A stretch of 64,000 nucleotides of DNA from Eledone cirrhosa (GCA_964016885.1 OZ024743.1:114700001-114764000); one strand, 5' to 3'. Numbered from the stretch's first letter, positions 12,826-26,361 are shown. The notes: generated by a model from the sequence alone, not told the origin. Translations and numbers: made by a program.

Positions 12826-12829
<4 letters not shown>
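12024..12829. repeat. Tandem ~350-410-bp monomers in the RTE 5' region
   Basis: gtaggaactgagggtcgcatggtaaata occurs at ~12023, ~12377 and ~12786, with near-identical intervening sequence. Confidence 0.9.
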
Positions 12830-12861
<32 letters not shown>

Positions 12862-12899
12862 ATTAACAAATGGAAACTATATTTATAAAACCATAATTA

Positions 12900-12960
12900 T
12901 TTCATTATACATATTTCAAGGACACCAAATTAAATTATGGTGTGCTTTCATCAGATAAAA
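12900..12960 (-). ncRNA. Type I hammerhead ribozyme
   Basis: Reverse strand: ttttat-CTGATGA-aagcacacca..tggtgtcctt-GAAA tatgta TA-atgaaa. Relatives at 53768-53834 (-) and 29763-29822 (+, decayed). Confidence 0.75.
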
Positions 12961-13784
12961 TATAATATAGATCAGTTTTATAAGTAAATATTGACATACC
13001 CTTAAATAATGCAACCATTACTGTTGGAAGCTCCCGGATAGTGGAGTTGTAACTTTAATTATATTATTAGTATTGGATATTTTTATTTTTAAAATAAGCC
13101 GTTTGGTTACGGAGAAAGAGAAAGATAGAGAAGGGAAGAGAGAGAAAGACCAGAACAACAGAGAGAAAAAGATAGAGAGAGAGGAGAGACAGAGAAAAAG
13201 AGAGGAACGAAAAACTTTAAGTCATATCTTGTTGAGTTAACTTAACAATTGAGATGAAATGAATAAATTAAATTAGAAATGTTAATAATCATGAATGGAA
13301 TATACATATATAATATGAGAAATTTAACCATTGTTTAAATATGATTAGATGTTTAGTTAATCAGTTAAATATTGAGATCAATATATTAGAAATTGGGATC
13401 TATATATTAAGAAATCCATATATTATTAAAGATCTATATAATAAAGTACCAGTAATGCACTGGGTAATTGATGGCCTTGTGCCTAAAGTAGAAACAATTA
13501 TTAAAGATCTATATATCATATAACAAGTATACACACACAAAAAATACATACATATAAATATATATACACACTTATAAAATACATATACATATCTAACTAC
13601 GTATATAATATATACACACAAAACAAAGGATTCTTTAATTTAATTTAATTTAAGATATAGGAATCTTATAAAATGTTATAATTGTTAAGATATTAAAGGA
13701 AATTTTATGTTATACACACTTTATGTTGTTAAACAACATTATATATATAACAAATATATATATATATAGAGAGAGAGAGAGATT

Positions 13785-14199
13785 TTGAGTATATGTTGGT
13801 TGTTACCGAAACCTTAGAAAGCAGGTTGGAGCACTCGACGTCGTATGCAGGTTGGTTTGTTTACTCCGGAGTAATGTAAAATAATTAAGTCAAATATGTA
13901 TATTTTGGCTTCGTTTATTATAAATTATAGATATACTGCTATATATATTTCGGTGACAGACATCATTGGCTGTGACCTCTTCAGGCAGTCCGAATTGATG
14001 TGGAAAAGACAGGTACACATGTTGTTGAAGTGTGTTTTACTCCGTCAATCCATCGATTAGTCCAGCTCCTGGTTGTGTTGTTATTCCTCTGAGGAACTGG
14101 AATCATGTCACAGTTAATAATGGCTGTCACCGAAATATATATAGCAGTATATCTATAATTTATAACAAACGAAGCCAAATTTTACATATTTGACTTAAT

Positions 14200-14200
<1 letters not shown>
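13785..14200. mobile_element. Inverted pLTR pair in (TA)n, family of 50830-51095
   Basis: 13880-13960 is inverted at 14120-14200; homologous to 50830-51095. Confidence 0.8.
13935..13989 (-). ncRNA. Type I hammerhead ribozyme
   Basis: Reverse strand: actgc-CTGAAGA-ggtcacag..ctgtcacc-GAAA tatata TA-gcagt. Confidence 0.85.
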
Positions 14201-14235
<35 letters not shown>

Positions 14236-14291
14236 AGTCCAGAAATAGCCGTCGAAACGGTTTGAGCTCTGCCGTCGGGGTCATACTTTTT

Positions 14292-14335
<44 letters not shown>

Positions 14336-14507
14336 TATTGAAGTTTGTTTGATATATATACATATATATATGTATATATATATATATATATATATTTACG
14401 TATATATATATATATATATATACATATATATATGTATATTTACATATATATATATACATATATATATATGTATATTTACATATATACATATATATATATA
14501 TATTTAC

Positions 14508-14574
<67 letters not shown>

Positions 14575-14762
14575 CATGTATGGGAGAGAGGGACAGAGTA
14601 CTCAGATACGCCCTAGAGAGTATCCTATTAGAACCAGAACTTTCCAAATGATCTGTGCCAATCTACAAGCGTGACGAAGCGAGGCTATGAATATTATACA
14701 TCTACCATACCTGTTCCAGTTAATAGTCTGTGTCCATGCTGTGGCACACATACAGGCTTACG

Positions 14763-14826
<64 letters not shown>

Positions 14827-14845
14827 GTTATAATAATAAATTTGA

Positions 14846-16713
14846 AGACTAAAATTCAAAGATGTTGTGTCCCTCTTGCACTGTGGAACAATTCTTTCGC
14901 GGTGATTGATTGGTTCAACGGCATATGCAACAAGGAACATTATCGTTTTATCCAATTCGACATCAATAACTACTCCTCCATCACTTTACCACTTCTTCTT
15001 AGAGCTATTAATTTCGCTAAAACACTCACAAGGACTTAGCGTTGATGTCATCTTCAATGCCCGTAAATCGGTGATTAATTTCGACGACTCTATTTGGATT
15101 AAAAAATCTAATAGTACCCCATTTGACGTGAGTATGTGCACCAGCGATCCTGCGGAGGTTACTGATTTTATTGGCCTTTTCCTTCTTTTCTGTACCAACG
15201 AAGAATTCCCCAACGTGGGCGGTGGTTTGTACTGTGATGACGGTCTTTTGACCATGACAAAGTGCGACCCACGTGCTTACGATAGGTTCAGAAAAGAACT
15301 CACAGCCGTTTTTAAAGGCTTCAACCTCGCCATACAGGTTGAGGCCAACCTCTCGGTCGTTAATTACCTCGATGTTACCCTCAACTTGTCGAATGGCTTG
15401 TACTACCCGTATAGAAAGCCGAATGATACGCTTAATTATATAAGTAAGCATTCTAACCATCCTGCCAGCATAACCAAGAACCTGGTAAGAAACGTTTCTT
15501 TGAGGCTTTCCCGTCTATCTACAAACGAGCATATTTTCAATGACCATTCCACATATTACAATGAAGCTCTTGCTCGTAGTGGTTTTGTCGATAAGGTACC
15601 ATATACAGAGTACGAGAATAGACCAAGGAAAAATAAATCCCGACGCATTATATGGTATAACCTACCATATAATATGGAGGTGGCCACACCATTAGCTAAG
15701 ATCTTTCTCACACTTGTTATGAAGCATTTCCCCCGAGCACATAAATATAGTAACATTTTTAATAGAAATACCATTAACATTTCTTTCTCTACGACTCCTA
15801 ACCTTGCACATAACATCACAGCTTCAAATTTAGCTAAATTACCTAGACGTAGGAATACGTGCAACCCTGTAGCTAGTACTAACTGTAATTGTAGGAATCG
15901 GGTTGACTGCCCCCTATCCGGGAAATGCCTCTCTAGTAACATTGTCTACAAATGTAAGGTTGAATCACCCACGTCCCGTAGGGCCTACATAGGGTTAACC
16001 GCCAATAGATTCAAGCAGCGTCTTTACATGCATACCCATTCTTTTCTTAACCCTTTAAGAAGGAATATGATGTCACATTCAGCTTATATCTGGAGTCTAA
16101 AAGGCAACCACACCCAATATAAGTTACACTGGGAGAGCCTAGCTAGGGCTAGATCGTATAGCGGAAATAAAAGACCATGCGACCTCTGAAATGAGGCCCT
16201 GGAAATACTCTACGCCAAAGACCACATCTTAAGCAAAACATCTGAGGCAATATAGCCTTGCAAACATAAATTGCACAAAACTTTCCTGCATTACAGCCCC
16301 ACATTATACCCTAACGGATAGTACGGACTATACGCGGATATTTTACGTCTTGATGTGGTAACTAAGTATATGTTATGTTTATACGATTACTTATTTGTAT
16401 AGGTAAGTATATATTACCTATATGTTTTGTGAAGGTACGTATAGTTTCTCGTATATTTGCTTGTTTATGTTATGGCATATATTATATATACTGGTACATG
16501 TGCATTTGATTATGCGTATACGTGAGTTGGCGTCTGTGTGAATATGCGGGTTCGTACGCATGTAGGGTGTGTGTGTATATGTGTACTTTGTGTTTTGGTT
16601 GACGTACGTCTGCAACTATATGTGTATTTATATGTAGGTATGTGTGTGCGCGCGTTATATACGTATGTATGTGTGTATATTTATATACGTTTATTTACTT
16701 ATGTGTACTCACG

Positions 16714-16776
<63 letters not shown>

Positions 16777-17434
16777 TCATATATATTTGTATGTGTATTG
16801 GTGTATACGTTCGTATGTGTGCGGGTACAGGCGTTGCGTGCGTTCTGTATGTGCGTGCGTGTTTTTTTGTGTACGTGCTTGTATTTCCATACCCATGGCG
16901 AGTGTTTTCGCGTATGCTTGTGTATGTACGTATATATTTAATTTCAATTACCTCTGTATTTTATTTACTTTATTCTTAACTCTCAAGCCGAGAATCATTC
17001 GGTTTCCTAAATAGAATTTTAGTCTACGACTTCTGCTATACCATTTACGTGGTTTTGTCTTTGCGTGTAATTGTTCTCACCGCGCCACATATTGACGTAT
17101 TATCTTCTTTTTTTCCGTTCATTGCCAGAGAACGTCTCCATAAACCATCTATTAGAATATTAGTCTACAACTTCATTTATACCATACACATGGTTTTGTC
17201 CTTGCGTGTAATTGTTTTCACCGCACCAAACAATGACGTATTATCTTTGTTTCTTTTTTTCCCGTTCTTTGCCAGAGAAGGTTTCCACGAACCAAAGTAT
17301 CGTCTTCCTGTCTTACTTCGGTTGCCATGTTTTTTGAAATATCTACTTCTGCGTTCATAGATTGACTTATTTAGTTTTAGAAGATCCCGTTAAGGGTGAA
17401 AGCAGCGATTCTTTGCTTAAACTTTAATCTGTTA

Positions 17435-17435
<1 letters not shown>
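14846..17435 (+). mobile_element. 5'-truncated Penelope-like element (RT + C-terminal GIY-YIG) with 3' pLTR
   Basis: FIQFDINNYYSSI; ORF 14906-16189 with AEVTDFIG, GLYCDDGL, YLDVTL, SNHP, CNCRNRVDCPLSGKC linker, IVYKC..YIGLT..FKQRLYMH. Decayed HHR at 17373-17423. Flanked by (TA)n. Confidence 0.9.
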
Positions 17436-17480
<45 letters not shown>

Positions 17481-18543
17481 CACGTGTGTGTATGTGTGTG
17501 CGTACGTTTGCCTCCCAGAACGCAACATATGCGGAGAGAAAAAATAAGAATCGGCGAGGAAACCGAAAGACTGGTCCACTTCGGGCTAAGATTCTTGCGA
17601 TGTTTATTCTGCCCCATGCTTCAGGTGCTCCACTCACATTTATATCAGTAAACAAGTGACTGGATCATTGAAAATATGTAATCATTACGTTATTGTTTAC
17701 AAATTGGGATATAGAATATTAAATATACTAAATATAATGCAGAAATATTTATAGATACGAACACAGACTTACATATACACAAAAATAGACAGTCATACAT
17801 ATTAAAGGAATGAGCATAAATACACACATATACAGGAGCCCATACATACACATACATATGTATTCATATATGAATATATACACGTATAATACACATATAA
17901 TACACGTACAATACGTACGCAGTTCTAAGTTGAAGCAGATGGGATAGGGCAAAAGAAAGCATGAAACGAAGATGAGATACACGGTAAAGATACAGAATTC
18001 AAATATATTTGCTTTAATTTCCTCTTTGCTTCATGTTGCTAAGCAATGCTATTATATCTCTTGTAGCAATTAATTGTGTTTTCCCAATTAGGCATATCTT
18101 TTTGATAAATTATTCCAGTCTGTCAGTTCCTACACGCATTATTACTCACTGTTATAAATCTTCTATCAATATTGATTAATGATAAGGTTGATGGAGTTGT
18201 GGTATCGATAGATCTTCGGGCAAAATACTTTACATTGTTCAACTAAACTTCTTTGCATTCTGATTTCGAATTCTGCCAATGTCAGTTATGATTTTTCTCA
18301 TTGTATGGGTTGTGGGTTCTATAAAGAAATCGCTTGTCAAGTATTGGGTTTGTTTTAATCGATTATATGCAGCTCCACAAATGTAAGCCTTGTGCCAGGC
18401 ATTAATAGTGATTACTTAGGTTGTAAGTATATATATATATATATATATATAAACAAGACGGTTACGTTAGTCTATCCCTATTTATTTTATTATACGTGCG
18501 TATATATATAGAGAGATAAAAATATACACACACACACATATAT

Positions 18544-18597
<54 letters not shown>

Positions 18598-18751
18598 AAA
18601 CCCGTAGAACATATATTAGCAGCGATTCTTTGCTTAAACTTTAATCTGTTCTCATATTATATATATATATATATATATACATTATGAAGAGAGAAGAAAC
18701 ATTTAGATATAATTAGTAATAAAATGTATCATACCTAAACTGTTCCTAAAT

Positions 18752-18839
18752 TCCTCGACTACGTAGTTTCGTGGCATAAACAAAAACAATATATCAAAGA
18801 TATAGAGTCCTTGCGAGGTCTGCCGACTTATCAAGAGGA
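18752..18839 (-). ncRNA. Type I hammerhead ribozyme, U3-A8 core
   Basis: Reverse complement of 19360-19447. Confidence 0.8.
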
Positions 18840-19359
18840 TACCTCATTTTACTAGTCCCAAGAACGCGTTTACACGACGTGAGAAAGAATCCCAAAAGGC
18901 GGAGGGGGAGATAGTCACGCGATATAACGGTCGAGAAACAGAGCTAAGCCTCCTATAACCACGAAGAAAATACCACGGAGGCGGAGGGGGTATTCATATC
19001 GAGGCCGTAGAAGAGGTAGTGAAGAAGGCGAGAAGTATGAGTAATGTAAGCTTTCCAGTTGTCCCCACACTGCAAAGATTGCTCGACCAGAGGGAGTTAT
19101 TAATATATTAAGAAACACACAGATACATGCGGACACACACATATATACATGAATGCATCCGCACCCAACTGTGAGTTAAGGGTGCCAACTTCACCGATGT
19201 TGCTCAATGAATGACTGGGACAGACCAATTCAGTTTGAACCAGACTGAACCAGTATCAGAGTTAAAAATACATTATGAAGAGAGAAGAAACATTTAGATA
19301 TAATTAGTAATAAAATGTATCATACCTAAACTGTTCCTTGGGACTAGTAAAATGAGGTA

Positions 19360-19447
19360 TCCTCTTGATAAGTCGGCAGACCTCGCAAGGACTCTATATC
19401 TTTGATATATTGTTTTTGTTTATGCCACGAAACTACGTAGTCGAGGA
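19360..19447 (+). ncRNA. Type I hammerhead ribozyme, U3-A8 core
   Basis: tcctc-TTGATAA-gtcggca..tgccac-GAAAC tacgta GTC-gagga. Confidence 0.8.
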
Positions 19448-19681
19448 ATTTAGGAATAGTTTAGGTATGATACATTTTATTACTAATTATATCTAAATGT
19501 TTCTTCTCTCTTCATAATGTATTTTTAACTCTGATACTGGTTCAGTCTGGTTCAAACTGAATTGGTCTGTCCCAGTCATTCATTGAGCAACATCGGTGAA
19601 GTTGGCACCCTTAACTCACAGTTGGGTGCGGATGCATTCATGTATATATGTGTGTGTCCGCATGTATCTGTGTGTTTCTTA

Positions 19682-19713
<32 letters not shown>

Positions 19714-20282
19714 ATATGCGTATGAAGTTTTTGTATCACACTGACATGAAAAACTACGGATCGGAGTAGTACAAAATTATGTTTATGTACATGTTTGGTA
19801 TTGTCATCAGTTGAATCAATACAAGAAACACTCTCTTTCAGTTTGCCTACAAGCCTAGTGGCATTGACTTGTTAATTCTTAGACGAAGTCTAGAACCAGT
19901 CCACGCGCATCAAAGGAGACAATATAATGAAATAAATAAGATGTTTCCCAAATCGAGGGTGGTTTCTTTTCGGATATCGACAAGGAATGAACATCTAAAG
20001 CCCAGTGAAATGGCAGGATCCTCCGTTGGAATGTTACTAATTACTATACATGTATATCGGTAAGTTTAATAATCAGATGTTTGTTTGCTTATTGATTTTC
20101 ATCAAAGCTCTTTCGTCACACATTCTGTGACTACGTCAGTGACTACATTTGTTATTTTTGTCTCTTTTGTTCTGTCCTACCCCTTCTTGTTTTTCTGAGC
20201 TGTTTACTTAGGCTGCGCATGTGTTATATCCGGGTCTTAGTGTGTGTGTGTGTGAGTGTGTGTGTGTGTGTGTCTGTGTGTC

Positions 20283-20342
<60 letters not shown>

Positions 20343-20826
20343 TATATGTGCATGTATGTGTTTATTCATTTATTCGTTTATTTACTTGTCACTAGTTTTG
20401 GAATGGGATAGTAAAAACTAGCAAGCAGACAAATAAGATCAACTCATGCGATGATAGCAGCAAATATCAGTTGCAAACTAGCATACAGATTTAGAAGAGC
20501 TCTAGAATCTGGATTCTAGATAATTCGAAATTGAGTATTAAGATAGTAGAAACAACAGGAATCTCTATAAAACAAGAACCCCACAAAAGACTCTGGCACC
20601 GTCATCTTGATTGAACCCTGAGCTGATCGATATCGAAACAATTTTAATATGCAAATAAAATTCGTACATATGCTGCGACATTGACTTCGAATCTTTCAAA
20701 TCTATTTACACTCTGCACACTACAGCTGTAACACAGGAATACAACCCAAACGAAACGGCTATCACAACAGCATCGAGTGCTTCGAACTTTGCGCCGCCTG
20801 TAACTGTTGTTACATACTTACCTAAA

Positions 20827-20858
<32 letters not shown>

Positions 20859-20946
20859 CTACATATCTCTCTCCCTCTCTCTATATATATCCTATCTTTC
20901 TCTCTCTCTCTATTAATATATATATTCTATCTCACTCTCTCTCTCT

Positions 20947-20981
<35 letters not shown>

Positions 20982-21545
20982 TGGAGTACTCAATGTTAGA
21001 AATACGGTTGAACAAAATTTATTAGAAGCTACAATTTTACAGGTCGATACCTTTTTCTTTGCCAAACTCTTGTTGAAAACATGGAACAAAAGTGTTCTAA
21101 ATACTCACATGATATTTTCAGTCACTGTTTGATAATTTGGGAAAGAAAACATTTTTGTTAAAATGTAAATATAATTAAGATATACAAGACATTAAATTTA
21201 CAGATTCGTTAAAATGAATACCACTTTGCGGTATTCATTCTGCGTTCAAATCCTATCGAGGTTAACTTTGCTTTTTATTCCTCCAATATCGAAAAATATC
21301 CTTCCTCTATATCACGTTTAGGCTTCGTTACATTCTCGCTCACTCTCCTCTGGCAGAAAATGACTGTGTTCCGAAAACTAGAGAGAGGATGGGCCTCGCC
21401 TTGTAAAAGTGCCTTTACAACTCTATCGGGGATTTTGTGTCAATAAATACAAATATGTTTATCATATATCTAGTACCTTCTTTGATAACGCCTCATTAAT
21501 AATGCGGCACACAGTTAAATCGATGGATTATAGTAATTTTACAGA

Positions 21546-21900
21546 TCATCATCATCATCTTCCTGAAGCAGGTGCTGCCAGTATTTGCGGTGCCACTCTA
21601 GACGATTTCGTGGTCAGTCATCGCCATTGGTCTCTATTCTCCACCAAACGCAGGAGGGTCTCGGTGTTGTGAAAAGTCCAGTCATTAGCATTGACGAACT
21701 AAGGTTTTTTTCTTCTGCCTCTTCTTCGCCTTCCCTCGACTGTGCCCTAGATGTTGGATTTGGACAAGGAATATGTGACCATACCGGGCAAACTTCCATC
21801 TTTTCATCACCGTAAGGAATGGTTCCTGTCTACCAGCATATTGTTCACTTGCTTCCTGAAAAATCTGCTTGATTGGTACTCCGTGTATAGAAATACAATC
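21546..21900 (-). mobile_element. 3' fragment of a second RTE family
   Basis: (GAT)n tail; frameshifted KRWKF..YGH / EGRRRRGR-like RTE C-terminus. Confidence 0.7.
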
Positions 21901-23625
21901 CATTATATAAAAACAATTCTTATATTTGAAATGATTTCATGGTATAATGCCTTGTATATCTTAATATCTGTTTTCTCATCTCTTCATGTGTTCATATTAA
22001 CTTAATATGTATTTATCCTTTAATCACAACTATGACACGACATTGAATAAAATTAATGTCACATTCGGTCTTTTTTGAACGCTTCATTGCTATAATGAAG
22101 ACGAGAATTCTTTTCTGTGCAGATTGTTGAATGTTCTCCTGCCCATGCAGTTCTAATATTTATACTTTTATTATACTTAATGTTAAGCTGGTAATTATTA
22201 GAGTCGCTGGAACATCGGTGAACTTTGCCTTTCATCCTTTCGAGGTCAATAGAAAAACAGTTCAGTACTGAAGTTGATTCCTTCTCTATATCTATTACTC
22301 AATTTCTCTCTCTCTCCCACCTTTTGTCAGTCTATAGAAAAAATCGGTCATTTTCACACCTGTAAAGGAGATAAGGTTCGCCAGGTTTAAAACGCCAAAT
22401 TACGCTGTTTATCACGACAGCGTCACTACGGCTCCATTAATAATAACAGATCCATATAAGTGCCATTCAAAAATAATATAGTTTCTTTTGTTGATGATAA
22501 TATCCCCAATTCCTCGAACAGGATGAATTAGAATTCTTAATAAACAACAACGATGTATCCAACAAATCCACTCATTTAAACCTATCCAAATATAATTGAA
22601 ATATTAAAGGACAGAAACACTATGGGTTTAAATATAAACTGGTGCACACCAGAAGAAATTCACCATATACTCATGGTAATTTTCGTGCCTGTATTTGTTG
22701 CAAACTTGATGATATGGACCATTTTATTGCATGATTCTAATATTTCGAACAATAAGTTAAAATTCATGAAATCTTATCGCCATTAAGTGAAAGTTTGGCT
22801 AAAGAAATTTATAATAAACAGGGGCGGTGGAACTGGGAGTGTGGGGCAGGTGGGGGTGGAGGCATGCACCCTCCCCCCCGCCCAATAATTATATTTTTCT
22901 CTCCAAACTACCAAAACACACATCTATTTGTATATGCGCTACAATGTATGTAAATATGTTTATCGCATATAAAAGTTTTCTGACTATTTTAGGATGCAAA
23001 GAGCTAAACTAAATTGTCCAAATTCAGGAATGCTTCTATCACCCCTGATACATAGTAAATATTTTTTTCTAACAGAATATGACAACAAAAGTTAACATCT
23101 ATGAAATATTTCATCTAAAAAATATTAATTACCTTCCATATTCATACAAGTTGTCGTGTTTTGCATCGGTTATAAAAAATATTTTTATTCTCTCAATTTG
23201 TATATATCTGTGCGTGTGAAAATTAACAATTCTTTGATTTACACTTTTAGTAATAAGATTTCATTACATATTTTAATGCTTGTTATTACCATTTCATTTT
23301 CTTACACACGTCATTTGAGAAATAGATATTTACATTTAAAATATTTCTTAACAAATTGTAAGCGAATCAGAACTCCAGTACGAATTGTAATCCAATAAGA
23401 ATGTCTGTCAACTTAAGATCTCGTGTGATATTTATACAGTTTCATTCCATATATCAAGAACCATCCGAAGTTATAAGCATTCTATCTTCATCACCTCCCA
23501 CTCTCACAGAATGAGAGAGAAAGAGAGATAGAGAGAGACATAAATGCATGTGAACACGCCCCAAGCCCCTCCCCCCATATATATATATATTGAAAATTGC
23601 AAACTTGACTGTCACCACACAATAT

Positions 23626-23662
23626 GAAACTGAAGATTGCGAAAGCATGAAAGTACTTGTTC
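23626..23662 (+). ncRNA. Minimal type I hammerhead in pLTR remnant 23590-23780
   Basis: CTGAAGA-ttgc gaaa gcat-GAAA gtac TT-gttc; second copy at 35719-35755. Confidence 0.75.
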
Positions 23663-23775
23663 AATTAACACTTAACATTTAATATTCTACCATACTATTC
23701 CTTTCTAATACCATTATAAATTTTAAAGGATTGTAAATAAAACGAGTAAATCAGACAAAGTTGGAATTCCTTTTA

Positions 23776-23839
<64 letters not shown>

Positions 23840-23927
23840 TATATATATATGTATGTATGTATATGAGAATCATACTATTAAGACGAGTAAAAACATAATT
23901 CAGCTAAGTTGTCCATACTTAAGTAGA

Positions 23928-24068
<141 letters not shown>

Positions 24069-24074
24069 AATTAT

Positions 24075-24439
24075 GCAAGGACGAGTGGTTACTCCTTCAT
24101 TACCTTTATTGGTTGGTGACGCGCGTTTCGCTATTGATCAGCTCAAGGTTCGATCTGTATCGATCTAGCCCGACTCTGTAATCAATGGATCGTCGGACCT
24201 CTTTGGTGGTAATGGCACCAAAGAAGTTCGACGAGCGATTGATTACAGATCGAACCCTGAGGTGATCAATAGCGAAACGCACGTCACCAACCAATAAACG
24301 TAATGAAGGAGTAACCACTCGTCCTTGTTTTATTTTATTATGCTACACTCTGTCTTGCTCTACACCTCGATACCGACGTGAACCTAAATATCGAGTGCTC
24401 ACCCGGGTGAACCTACATTAACTCCGAGTTACACTCCCT

Positions 24440-24443
<4 letters not shown>
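24075..24443. mobile_element. Inverted pLTR pair with CCGACGA-core HHRs (24115-24199 -, ~24227-24288 +)
   Basis: caaggacgagtggttactccttcattac is inverted at 24299-24327. Reverse strand reads ggt-CCGACGA-long stem II-GAAAC gcgc GTC-acc. Confidence 0.8.
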
Positions 24444-24481
<38 letters not shown>

Positions 24482-24540
24482 TCACAGCACACAAAAACAA
24501 GGTGATGTAGGACAGAATAAAGGAGGGACACAAAAACCTA

Positions 24541-24584
24541 GTCACTGAGGAGGTCACAGAATGGTGTGACGAGAGAGCTTTGAC
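24541..24584 (+). ncRNA. Hammerhead in solo pLTR of the 30.9-34.8 kb PLE family (GAAA mutated)
   Basis: gtca-CTGAGGA-ggtcaca gaatgg tgtgac-GAGAG agctt-tgac; homologous to 31012-31054 and ~20100-20145. Confidence 0.7.
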
Positions 24585-24833
24585 AATATATGAACCACCA
24601 TCCCATTATCGAACCAACCAGCCAACCAACCGGAAATTTATAATAAATTGAAGTGAAAATCTACAGGTCCGTGTGATTTTATTGGCAGCATGACCCTCCC
24701 AAAGTATTACAATATATATACATCAGAATCGAGGCAGTTAAAAACAGTTAGACCATTACTCACCAGAGTACTCGATATTTGTGGTGGTAGAGTGGGTAAT
24801 ATGACGGCTGAGGTCCGACCGTTTAAATAGCTA

Positions 24834-25179
24834 CAGTGTGGGCCAGAATTCATGAATCACTTGATTATTTATAGATCTACTAACACAAAATGTTATAAAA
24901 CAAGTTAAGAAATATAATAAACATATAAATTAAGAAAGCTGGTAAGCATATTAAGGAATAAAATAATAAATTAAAACAATACAATAACAATAAAATAAGC
25001 ATGTTAAGAAATAAAACTAACAAGCGAGTCATGAGTCATGAGAGATAAAACTAACAAGCGAGTCATGAGTCATGAGAAATAAAACTAACAAGCGAGTCAT
25101 GAGTCATGAGAAATAAAACTAACAAGCGAGTCATGAGTCATGAGAAATAAAACTAACAAGCGAGTCATGGCCCACCCTG
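24834..25179. mobile_element. Tc1/mariner-type MITE with internal 34-bp tandem array
   Basis: TA|CAGTGTGGGCCA ... TGGCCCACCCTG|TA: terminal inverted repeats with a TA target duplication. Confidence 0.8.
25008..25169. repeat. 34-bp minisatellite GAAATAAAACTAACAAGCGAGTCATGAGTCATGA, ~4.8 copies
   Basis: Direct repeats at 25008, 25042, 25076, 25110 and 25144. Confidence 0.95.
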
Positions 25180-26250
25180 TAGATTCCGATCTAGCTGTTG
25201 AAACGGACGGAGTGCCGAATTTTTCATATATATATATATATATATCTTGGATAGGGGATTTACTTTTGTAAACAGTGGGTGATGATGATGGGGAAGTAAA
25301 AGCAGATATGAGAACGGGGGAGAAAAAAAGTTATGGAAAGAAAGAGAAAAGAAAAAAGTAATTCAGAAGTAAAAGAAAGGACATGGTCTTTACAATGGTT
25401 ATGATGATGAAGTTGAATGAAGAAATAGGGAAATTAGCAAACGGAGGAAGTTTTAGGTTGTGATGATTATAGTGAATAGAACATAACTTAGAAGGGTAGG
25501 TGAGTGTTTGTCAATCTATGGAGGTGGATAGACTATTTAGTTGATAATGGAATTACTTGAGCAGAGATTATGTACGGATATTTGTGATGATGGTGATGAT
25601 AAAGTTGAAATTAGTGAAATTATAGTGATGGCGTGATAGATTGGTAATGGCAACGGTAGTGGAAGTGTCAAGGAAAATGTATTGGCATCTTTGAAAAATA
25701 TATTTACCATATCTCAGCGTTAATCCTAGTCATGTGAGTGAAAGTGGGTAAACGGAAACTAATTAGAAAACCTTCTGGTGGATTATATTTCTAATTCAAA
25801 GGTCTACCATTGAAACGCTGATTCAGCTTGGCAATTATGTTGAGGATGTGAGGGTTATGGGTTAGTAAACCATTTGCGCGTTAATTAAAATGTTGCATGT
25901 TCATGTGATGAAACAACTAAATGCTATTGTTGAAAACGAAGGAAGTTCCATCTTGTTCGATATAAGCAATATCCATTTTAAAATTACCTCATTATGTTTT
26001 ATTACATGAGATATACATAAACGTTGCATTAAATTAGTGACTAGTTATCTTTGAAGATGCTCAATAATTGAAACAAATGGTCTATTAGTAAGAAATCATT
26101 GAAACATTACACACACACACACACACACAAACAGACACACGTATGTACATACACACACACACACACGTATGTACACATACACACACACATATATCTATAT
26201 AAATATAGAAGAGACAAGGTGCTGTGTGGTTACTAAAAACGAGTGTTTAA

Positions 26251-26361
26251 AAAACACAAGCAAAGGACAGATCCCCTCTTTAGGTGTCTGTTGTGGGTCT
26301 CGGACGTTTCGACGACCCACAGCAGACAAATAAAGAGGGGATCTGTCCTTTGCTTGTGTTT
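26251..26361. repeat. ~48-bp-arm inverted repeat, probable pLTR inversion remnant
   Basis: aaacacaagcaaaggacagatcccctc...gaggggatctgtcctttgcttgtgttt; GAAACGTC on the minus strand in the loop. Confidence 0.75.

Larger units (their letters stand above)
8379..12829 (-). mobile_element. Near full-length RTE-clade LINE
   Basis: APE and RT in one frame, (GAT)n 3' tail at 8379, tandemly repeated 5' UTR, both ends abut (TA)n. Confidence 0.95.
18679..19690. mobile_element. Tandem + inverted HHR element, ~591-nt period
   Basis: acattatgaagagag at 18679 and 19270. 19337-19690 is an inverted copy. (TA)n on both sides. Confidence 0.85.

Noticed and set aside
25008-25169. CRISPR-like 34-bp repeats
   Set aside because: Head-to-tail units without unique spacers; eukaryotic context; lies inside a MITE.
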